DNA of 64,000 nucleotides from Cytophagales bacterium (GTDB lineage Bacteria > Bacteroidota > Bacteroidia > Cytophagales > 172606-1), in the NCBI GenBank assembly GCA_030446715.1, contig JAUJMU010000015.1:36953-100952 (forward strand), read 5' to 3'. Position numbers and translations under genes: made by a program. Each line of letters starts with the position of its first letter. Within the stretch, counting starts at the first letter, position 1. This document shows, one piece after another, positions 57,701 through 64,000 of this stretch. The notes below the pieces were generated by a model that ran no database searches, was not told where the DNA came from, and saw only the letters and a list, made by a program, of their open reading frames with translations.

Positions 57701-58764
57701 GTTTTGATCGATTCACCGGCTACTGCCATCAGCCCCGGCAGGTCATCCGGATGAATCAGCTTCTGCAGCCCGGCAAGGTTGGAGCCGTATTTCTGCCTGA
57801 AATCACCCGGTCCCAGCCCATATACCGACTCAAGATTGGAATCCCATTCGAGGACATCCGTTTGCAGATCCCATTTCCAGGCACCCATGCCCGAAATACG
57901 GAAGGCAAGGTTCAGGCGATCCTGGGTGGAGTTGAGTTTTTCGAGCAGCAGGGCCTGCTGTTCGTTGCCCGCAAACAGTTCTTCGTTGCTGGCATTCAGT
58001 TCCTCATTGCTGGCGTTCAGTTCTTCGAGGGCGGCCTGCAGCTCACTGGTCCGCTCCTGCACGCGCATTTCGAGGGTGTTGTTGGCTTGCTCAAGTTCTT
58101 TCAGGGCCTGCTGGCGCTTTTTCATTTCCTGGGTAAGCAGAATAAATGCCCAGAGCAGCAACAGAATTCCTGCAACGGCGAAGCCGATCTGCGCCCGGAC
58201 CACCCGCCTGCTGCTCACGTCCAGATCCCGGGTGCGGAGACTGAGCAGTTGCAGATGATAACTCTGCAACTGCTTGATTTCCAAGCGCAGGTTATCCATT
58301 AACTGCCTGCCCTGCCCGAAATACAAGGCATTGCTGGCAGTGGCCGGACTGGTGCGCCTCAGGTCGTTATATTTTCTTAAAGTATTGTCAAGTATGGATA
58401 GGCGTCTCCCGATCAGGTCATTGATTCTGGCTTCCGTCTGTACGGTAAGGAGGTCTTTGCCCGGATTGTTCTGCAGACGGGAAGAGATGGCCCGGAGGGA
58501 ATCCACCGAATGCATGTAAGGCCTGAGGTAGACGCTGTCACCGGTGAGAATATACCCCCTTTGCCCGGTTTCGCTGTCCTTGAGGGCCGAAAGCAGCCTT
58601 TCGTAGTCAAGAATATTTTCCCTGACTGCAATTACTTCGTCTCGGTTTGCCATCCATGCGTGCGTATTGCGGTAAGCTATGAGGCCAATCGCCAGCAGCA
58701 GTGAAACAGAAAAGCCAAAAAGTAAGGTTACAAGAACACGATTCCTGATAAAACCTCTGAGCAT
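54799..58764 (-). CDS. CHASE3 sensor - multi-PAS - SpoIIE/PP2C phosphatase (1321 aa)
   Basis: N-terminal TM + CHASE3 (..SETGQRGYILTGDSVYLRPY..). A coiled coil with ELNASNEELNASNEEL, at least 6 PAS/PAC modules, and a C-terminal PP2C (..GGDYYDY.., ..GDATGHGLKAG..). Confidence 0.9.
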   Translation of the reverse strand: MLRGFIRNRVLVTLLFGFSVSLLLAIGLIAYRNTHAWMANRDEVIAVRENILDYERLLSALKDSETGQRGYILTGDSVYLRPYMHSVDSLRAISSRLQNNPGKDLLTVQTEARINDLIGRRLSILDNTLRKYNDLRRTSPATASNALYFGQGRQLMDNLRLEIKQLQSYHLQLLSLRTRDLDVSSRRVVRAQIGFAVAGILLLLWAFILLTQEMKKRQQALKELEQANNTLEMRVQERTSELQAALEELNASNEELNASNEELFAGNEQQALLLEKLNSTQDRLNLAFRISGMGAWKWDLQTDVLEWDSNLESVYGLGPGDFRQKYGSNLAGLQKLIHPDDLPGLMAVAGESIKTQKPFKTEYRIITPGGQVRWLLGQGTVMQDGRGNATAMAGIDIEITGRKKAEKKIRESEERFRTMADEAPVMIWMSDTDAMFIYFNRPWLEFTGRTLEQESGNGWTEGIHPDDFDRCLQTCQSAFAARKSFRMEYRLRRHDGSWCWMLDHGVPRFLPDGTFEGFIGSCINIHDRVEAEAKLKRLFNSGMLGVTEWSLEGGIYSANDTFLKMIGYSREEMDRKEIDWASLTPAEYGSSDELAARQMKETGAGVPYEKELTRKDGSRIWVTVGAATLDQKLDTGIAFVLDVTDRQRALQRLSQNEERFQVAIGNSPILVFNCDCDLRYSWVYNNAATSPAEDQWLVGKTDLQVMQVPAEAERVMALKREVIQSGKGRREEVQMTIEGQPHNYILTIEPLRNETGSITGLTCATIDITERKEVEERVKKSERLLYEVFENSADALFLINVNGSILERYNQQAVLLFELEDNQKYVGLQAQNLQKHPFTEAETAGIMEQLTTQGYWSAELEYVSVKGREFWGNAAVSYISVNDQQYFLIRIRDITERKHFEQKLQKSQQVMEAMFEGVADALFLVDPHNNEIVNCNNQVVKLFEFDSKEEVMGLKGNELQKTPFTKEESTRIRREIWTRRYWSAEVEYVSRKGREFWGDIAITVVPFEDKEYLLVRVGDITDRKQYQEILRQNQLELLRQKQRTEEVLTIIAEDNERKTLELEEARTLQLSMLPQEKPSLPFLDFAVIMKTSAEVGGDYYDYKLHANGDITLVIGDATGHGLKAGIVVATVKSYFQTLAGQYEAVELLTKISEGIQNLQIRGMYMGLTVMHFSRERLLIASSGMPPLYLFRQATGQVETIMLKGLFLGSRLEMPIQQQIIRLQPGDTLLAMTDGLPELFDEQRRMLDYDRIETEFRQTASGPAQEIIDHLLDLSRQWNDGMPNEDDITLLAVKIKVESPETAAANGLNHQRGGGKFPKPLR

Positions 58765-59031
58765 TTTTTGAGTAAATAGCGTTACCCGTACAGAATACGA
58801 TAAAAAATTACAATTCCCATCCTGTGGTCAGGGCGGGACCAACAAATTTAACATAAATAAATTACCTTTTAAAGCAACCCTTTTCACTAAAGTTATCTAT
58901 CGGATAATCAGCCGTTTATTGACTGGATGCTGCCCGGTGGAGGTCCGGCAAAGCAGACCAGACCAGCACAGGAAATAATTACCGGGCGGGAAAAAATATA
59001 CTTCAGTCAAATTCACCTCCGGCGCAGCAGA

Positions 59032-59874
59032 TCAGGTGCCGGACAGCGACCAGGCCGCCAGCAAAAATACCCCGTCACCCAGCCAGCGGTACAACCCTTG
59101 CCTCCGGAATGAGGAAGGAAAAAGGCACAGACCGGCCAGAATCAGGGTCATGCAGGCCATCGTGATCCAGACGGCCAGTCCGGTGCCCCCCGCAAAGCCA
59201 AAGCTGGTCAGCAGCAAAACCACCAGCACGGCCATAATCAGGTAAAGACCCCGGCGAACTGTGTTCCGGCCCCAGCTGCGCGCCAGTGAACGCTGCCCCT
59301 GCGATACATCGTCCTCCCATTCGTGGTACGAAAAAAGCATCAGGTTCTGCAGGGCCAGCAGGAAAAAGATGGCTCCCGAAAGCCAGGTAAACGGCAGCAC
59401 CCGCTGGGCCTGCACCACTACCGTACCCCATACCCCGGCCGTGTACAGGGCGGCAATCAGAAATTCCTTGTGGAACCAGCGCCGGGCCCTGCCCTCCGGC
59501 AGGCGGCTCACCAGCAGCAGATAAAGCGCCACTGCTCCGGCCAGCGCCAGGCCAAACCGCAGTAATGAAGCATTCAGCAGGAAAAAAGCCGCGGCGGCCA
59601 GAAAAATAGCCAAAGCCAGTGCAAGGGGCCGCAGTACGTGCCGGTATTGCCGGTGGAATCGGTGCCGGTGCGTAACGGGAGTGCCCGCCATCCGGTACAC
59701 ATCGGCCTGGTGGTCGGCGGTATAGATCAGCAGAACCGTGCCCCCCAGGATCAGCAGTTGCGCCCAGGGAAGGGGCACCAGGCCCGTCAGCCGGCAAAAC
59801 ATGGCGCAGCAGCAGAGGGCACCAAAGGCCACATCCACGCTGAGCGCCTGCAGAATCTGTCCGGTTTGCTTCAT
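59032..59874 (-). CDS. Multi-pass membrane protein (possibly UbiA-like prenyltransferase)
   Basis: 280 aa with ~8 hydrophobic helices. The family assignment is weak; no clear NDxxD motif was seen. Confidence 0.5.
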   Translation of the reverse strand: MKQTGQILQALSVDVAFGALCCCAMFCRLTGLVPLPWAQLLILGGTVLLIYTADHQADVYRMAGTPVTHRHRFHRQYRHVLRPLALALAIFLAAAAFFLLNASLLRFGLALAGAVALYLLLVSRLPEGRARRWFHKEFLIAALYTAGVWGTVVVQAQRVLPFTWLSGAIFFLLALQNLMLFSYHEWEDDVSQGQRSLARSWGRNTVRRGLYLIMAVLVVLLLTSFGFAGGTGLAVWITMACMTLILAGLCLFPSSFRRQGLYRWLGDGVFLLAAWSLSGT

Positions 59875-59971
59875 GAATGATGGACCCGCAAAATAGCATT
59901 ATCCCCGTCAACCGGGGCTTTTTTCGTAAATTTGGGTGCAGGACAAGTTTGCTTTCGCAGAAAGAGTTTTC

Positions 59972-60046
59972 CGCAGATTTACGCCGATTCACGCGATAGA
60001 ACTTGAATCCTGCGCTTATCTGCGGCCTTATCTGCGTAAATCTGCG
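59972..60046. repeat. Inverted repeat CGCAGATTTACG / CGTAAATCTGCG with internal CTTATCTGCG tandem units
   Basis: 12-nt arms at 59972-59983 and 60035-60046, in the polA leader. CTTATCTGCG occurs twice between them. Confidence 0.45.
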
Positions 60047-60094
60047 AGAACCATTCCCATCCTTATAAATTGCGCAGCTAATACCGGCCCGGAC

Positions 60095-62920
60095 ATGAAC
60101 AAACCCACGAAAAAATTATTCCTGCTGGATGCAATGGCCCTCATCTACCGGGCACACTTTGCGTTCAGCAAGGCACCGCGGATCAATTCCAAAGGCATGA
60201 ATACAGGGGCTACTTTCGGTTTCCTGAATTCCCTGCTCGAAGTGCTGCACAAGGAGAAGCCCACCCACATCGGCGTCGGCTTTGAATCGGCATCTCCTAC
60301 CTTCCGCCACGAAATGTTTGAAGATTATAAGGGTCACCGGCAGAAAATGCCCGACGATATTGTCGTCAACATTCCCTACATCAAGAGTCTGGTGGAGGCT
60401 TTCGGCATTCCGCTGCTCCAGAAGGACGGCTTCGAGGCCGACGACGTGATCGGCACCATTGCCACCAAAGCCGCCGAAAACGGTTTCGAGGTGTTCATGA
60501 TGACTATGGACAAGGACTACGGGCAGTTGGTAAAGGAGCACGTGTACCTGTACAAGCCCTCCTACATGGGCAAGGGCGTGGAGATTCTGGGCGTGCCCGA
60601 GATTCTGGCCCGGTGGAACATTGGGGACGTGGATCAGGTGCGCGACATACTCGGCCTGCAGGGCGATGCTTCGGACAACATTCCCGGCATACCCGGCGTG
60701 GGGGAGAAGACCGCCCAGAAATTCATTCAGGAGTACGGCTCCATCGAGAACCTGATTGCCAACGCCGACAAACTTTCCGGCAAACAAAAGGAACTGGTCA
60801 CGCAGCACGCCCGGCAGGCCCTGCTCTCCAAGCACCTGGCGACCATTGACATCCACGTGCCTGTCGAATTCAGCGAAGAAAAACTGCTGTGCAGCCCCCC
60901 TGACAAGGAAACACTTTCTGCCCTGCTCGACGATCTGGAATTCCGGTCCATCAAAAAGAGGGTTTTTGGCGAAGACACGGTTGCCCAGACCGTGGCGGCT
61001 ACCGCACCAAAAGCAAAGAAAACCGCGGCCACTTCGCAAACCAGCCTGTTTGACATCGACCTGCCCTTCGGCGATGACGACGACCTGCTCCCGCCGGCTA
61101 CCGAAAAGGAAACCATCTACACTACGCCGCACCACTACCATATTGTGGATACGCCCGAACTTCGGCGGATGCTCACCGACCACCTGCGTAAACAGGAGAT
61201 ATTCTGCTTCGATACCGAAACCAACAGCATCGACCCGGTAGAGGCCGACCTGGTGGGGCTGTCCTTTGCCAGCTATAAGGGCGAGGCTTATTACGTGCCC
61301 GTGCCGGCCGAAAAAGCTGAAGCGCAGAAAATCGTGGAGGATTTCCGGGAGGTGCTGGAAAATCCGGCTATCGGCAAGATCGGGCAGAACATCAAGTTTG
61401 ACCTGATTGTGCTCAAACACTACGGCGTGGAAGTGCAGGGACAGATTTTTGATACCATGCTGGCTCACTACCTGATGGAGCCTGAGCAGCGCCACAACAT
61501 GGACCTGCTGGCCGAAAATTTCCTCAACTACACGCCGGTTCCCATCGAGTCGCTGATCGGGAAGAAGGGCAAAGGCCAGCTGGGAATGGGCGACGTGGAA
61601 CTGGAGAAAATTGCCGAATACGCCGCCGAAGACGCCGACATAACCCTGCAGCTAAAAGAGGTATTTGCGCCGATGCTGAAGGAAAACAAGCTGGAAAAGC
61701 TGTTTTTTGAAGTAGAAACGCCGCTGGTGCCGGTGCTGGCCGAAATGGAATACGCCGGCGTGAAGATTGACGTCGGTGCCCTCAACGAACTTTCCCGCGG
61801 ACTGGAAGGCGATTTGCGCGGACTGGAAACAGAAATTTACGGGCTGGCCGGTACGCCTTTCAACATCGGTTCGCCCAAGCAGCTCGGCGAAATTCTGTTT
61901 GACCGGCTGAAGCTGGACAAAAACGCCAAAAAGACCAAAACCGGCCAGTACGCCACCGGTGAGGACGTGCTTTCCAAACTGGAGCAGGACCACGACATCA
62001 TCCGCAAAATTCTCGATTTCCGCGAGTTGCAGAAGCTGAAATCAACTTACATTGACGCCCTGCCGATGCTGATCAGCAAACGGGATGGACGGATTCATAC
62101 GTCTTTCAATCAGGCAGTTACGGCCACCGGGCGGCTCAGTTCCACCAATCCCAACCTGCAGAACGTACCCATCCGCACTGCACGGGGCCGCGAAATCCGG
62201 AAGGCCTTTGTGCCCCGCGACGAAGACCACGTGATCCTGTCGGCGGACTACTCGCAGATCGAACTCCGCATCATGGCGGCCTTCAGCGGCGACAGTACGA
62301 TGCTCGAAGCTTTTAACCAGGGCATCGACATTCACGCCTCCACGGCCAGTAAAGTGTTCAAGGTAAAGCTGGAAGAGGTGAGCTCCGAAATGCGCCGCCG
62401 GGCCAAAATGGTCAACTTCGGCATTATTTACGGCATTTCGGCCTTTGGTCTGGCAGGGCGGCTGGCTATTCCGCGCAAGGAGGCCGCCGATGTGATCGAA
62501 GCGTACTTCCGCGAGTTTCCGGCCGTGAAGGAATTTATGGACGAATCCATCCGCAAGTCGCGGGAGTGCGAATACGCCGAAACCATGCTGGGCCGCCGCC
62601 GCTACCTGCGTGACATCAACTCCCGCAACATGACCGAACGTCAGTTTGCCGAACGCAACGCCATCAACGCCCCGATTCAGGGCACTGCCGCCGACATGAT
62701 CAAACTGGCCATGATCCGGGTGCACGGGTTCTTCAAAAAGGAAAAACTCCGTTCCAGCATGATCCTGCAGGTACACGACGAACTCGTATTCGACACGCAC
62801 CGCGACGAAGTGGACGTGGTAAAGGCAAAGGTGGAAGAACTGATGAAACACGCCCTGCCGCTGCCCGTGCCGATGGAGATCGGTCTCGGCACCGGCAACA
62901 ACTGGCTGGAGGCGCATTGA
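60095..62920 (+). CDS. polA: DNA polymerase I
   Basis: 5'-3' exonuclease domain (LFLLDAMALIYRAHFAF), 3'-5' exonuclease domain, and polymerase motifs (..DYSQIELR.., ..QVHDELVF..). Start at ATG 60095. Confidence 0.95.
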   Translation: MNKPTKKLFLLDAMALIYRAHFAFSKAPRINSKGMNTGATFGFLNSLLEVLHKEKPTHIGVGFESASPTFRHEMFEDYKGHRQKMPDDIVVNIPYIKSLVEAFGIPLLQKDGFEADDVIGTIATKAAENGFEVFMMTMDKDYGQLVKEHVYLYKPSYMGKGVEILGVPEILARWNIGDVDQVRDILGLQGDASDNIPGIPGVGEKTAQKFIQEYGSIENLIANADKLSGKQKELVTQHARQALLSKHLATIDIHVPVEFSEEKLLCSPPDKETLSALLDDLEFRSIKKRVFGEDTVAQTVAATAPKAKKTAATSQTSLFDIDLPFGDDDDLLPPATEKETIYTTPHHYHIVDTPELRRMLTDHLRKQEIFCFDTETNSIDPVEADLVGLSFASYKGEAYYVPVPAEKAEAQKIVEDFREVLENPAIGKIGQNIKFDLIVLKHYGVEVQGQIFDTMLAHYLMEPEQRHNMDLLAENFLNYTPVPIESLIGKKGKGQLGMGDVELEKIAEYAAEDADITLQLKEVFAPMLKENKLEKLFFEVETPLVPVLAEMEYAGVKIDVGALNELSRGLEGDLRGLETEIYGLAGTPFNIGSPKQLGEILFDRLKLDKNAKKTKTGQYATGEDVLSKLEQDHDIIRKILDFRELQKLKSTYIDALPMLISKRDGRIHTSFNQAVTATGRLSSTNPNLQNVPIRTARGREIRKAFVPRDEDHVILSADYSQIELRIMAAFSGDSTMLEAFNQGIDIHASTASKVFKVKLEEVSSEMRRRAKMVNFGIIYGISAFGLAGRLAIPRKEAADVIEAYFREFPAVKEFMDESIRKSRECEYAETMLGRRRYLRDINSRNMTERQFAERNAINAPIQGTAADMIKLAMIRVHGFFKKEKLRSSMILQVHDELVFDTHRDEVDVVKAKVEELMKHALPLPVPMEIGLGTGNNWLEAH

Positions 62921-62923
62921 GGG

Positions 62924-63030
62924 CACAGACGCCATGTATGGCGTCTGTGTCACACGCCATGGGTCTGTATCATGCGCATGGCCTCTGGTATCCGATGCCC
63001 CCGTAGAGACGCCATGCATGGCGTCTCTAC
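62924..63030. terminator. Three tandem GACGCCATG-N-ATGGCGTC palindromic units between convergent genes
   Basis: CACAGACGCCATGTATGGCGTCTGTG (62924-62949), a degenerate middle unit, and the perfect 28-nt palindrome GTAGAGACGCCATGCATGGCGTCTCTAC (63003-63030), which overlaps the acetyltransferase stop. Confidence 0.6.
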
Positions 63031-63584
63031 TCCAGATTCCGGATCACCCGGCACGGATTGCCCGCCGCAAAGACGCCGTCGGGAATGTCTCTGGTCACCA
63101 CGCTGCCGGCACCGATTACGGACCGGGAGCCAATCGTCACGCCCGGGCAGATGATGGTACCGCCGCCCACCCACACATCAGAACCGATTACAATTGGCTT
63201 GCCGGCTTCCAGCCCTGACTGCCGCTCCTGATAGTCCACCGGGTGCGTGGCGGCATAAATCTGCACGGCCGGGGCGAACAGCACATTGTCGCCGATGGTC
63301 ACCGGGGCCACGTCCAGCACCACGCAGTTGAAGTTGAAGAACACATTTTTACCCAGCGTGATGTTGCTGCCGTAGTCACAGTAAAAAGGCGGCTCAATCC
63401 AGAGGTTATCGCCGGCGGTGCCGATCAGTTCCCGCAGAATCTGCCTCCGCTTTTCTTTCTCTTCGTCCCGGGTGCCGTTGAGGGCGTGGGTCAGGTCACG
63501 GGCCCGGCGGCGTTCTGCTACCAACTGCGGGTCAAGCGGGTTGTACAACCCGCCGCTGATCATTTTTTCCTTTTCGGTTTTCAT
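63027..63584 (-). CDS. Sugar O-acetyltransferase (maltose/galactoside acetyltransferase family)
   Basis: N-terminal Mac domain (MISGGLYNPLDPQLVAERRRARDL) plus hexapeptide repeats (..IGDNVLFAPAVQIY..IGSDVWVGGG..). Start set at MKTEKEK. Confidence 0.88.
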   Translation of the reverse strand: MKTEKEKMISGGLYNPLDPQLVAERRRARDLTHALNGTRDEEKEKRRQILRELIGTAGDNLWIEPPFYCDYGSNITLGKNVFFNFNCVVLDVAPVTIGDNVLFAPAVQIYAATHPVDYQERQSGLEAGKPIVIGSDVWVGGGTIICPGVTIGSRSVIGAGSVVTRDIPDGVFAAGNPCRVIRNLE

Positions 63585-64000
63585 GGGGAGTTTGGGGGTC
63601 AGACATTTCCGCACAAGATAAAAAACAAAAAGAAATCCCTTCAGATACATGATCTTATACTCGTCAGGCTGCAATTGCTGCCGGCTTTCTTCGCCCGCTC
63701 CGGCATGTAAGCCATTTGCGGCCAGAAATCTTTTGCCTGTCCCAAACCAGACAATTTTTGTTTTTTCGGGAGAAAACTTGCACTTGTTGCACATTTTCAA
63801 CATATTGTTAAACCAAATCTTTAATGGCTGATTAAAGCTATTTTCCGCTTTGACACATCATATTGGCGCCAGCTAATATTGCTTTTTGCTACCTTGCATT
63901 GTTACAGATTTGCCTTCAGAAAATGCAACCGCACCGGAGAAAGGTATTTGCCAGTCTTCCGCTGCAGGGGGCCGGCAGGTGATCGCCGCAACGGGTAAAA

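Noticed and set aside
55252-58302. 1016-aa ORF on the plus strand
   Set aside because: It lies entirely antisense to the well-supported CHASE3-PAS-SpoIIE gene. The composition is low-complexity (rich in G/A/P/H/Q/L/F) with no recognisable motifs. This is a typical shadow ORF of a high-GC gene.
60116-63019. Long minus-strand ORFs 60116-61495 (459 aa) and 62042-63019 (325 aa)
   Set aside because: They are antisense to polA, which has unambiguous polymerase and exonuclease motifs. No motifs were seen in the shadow ORFs.
1-64000. CRISPR arrays, tRNA, rRNA or tmRNA genes
   Set aside because: No regularly spaced identical repeats with unique spacers were found. The intergenic regions I read through showed no cloverleaf-like T-arm (GGTTCGAATCC-type) or rRNA-like sequence.

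Overview
The window looks like a chromosomal segment of a high-GC member of Bacteroidota, probably Cytophagales-like. Supporting this: an lpxC/fabZ fusion, a PorX-type PglZ response regulator, ~800-aa FtsX-like permease paralogs, and a TonB-receptor + DUF4249 pair. Core content: PBP4, a PaaI thioesterase, three tandem FtsX-like permeases (the third decayed), and a ~13.6 kb minus-strand polysaccharide locus (wza-wzc-wzm-wzt, six glycosyltransferase-type genes, a Wzy/WaaL-like membrane protein). It also holds the lipid A operon lpxD-lpxC/fabZ-lpxA, porX, tsaE, an AlaDH-family gene, thyA, nuoA/nuoB, a 1321-aa CHASE3-PAS-SpoIIE sensor phosphatase, polA and a sugar O-acetyltransferase. Accessory content: (i) an IS graveyard at 1.4-4.7 kb, with ISL3 and IS3 fragments and a complete 1332-bp IS4-family element with a 6-bp target duplication; (ii) an AT-rich ~6 kb island at 40.1-46.4 kb. 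The most interesting signal is that both accessory regions carry one family of ~95-nt attC-like imperfect palindromes. These punctuate promoterless, unrelated ORFs (ENPP-type phosphodiesterase, TPR lipoprotein, erythromycin-esterase-family protein, TraB/GumN-like protein, ParE/RelE TA pair). That is an integron-style cassette array with no integrase in the window (CALIN-like). A second notable structure is a ~1.05 kb AT-rich insert bounded by 33-41 bp direct repeats of the thyA 3' end. Many ORF disruptions are +/-1 indels in homopolymer runs and may be sequencing artefacts; a few are substitution-type in-frame stops. No rRNA, tRNA or CRISPR array was recognised. All family assignments come from reading motifs by eye; no database search was run.
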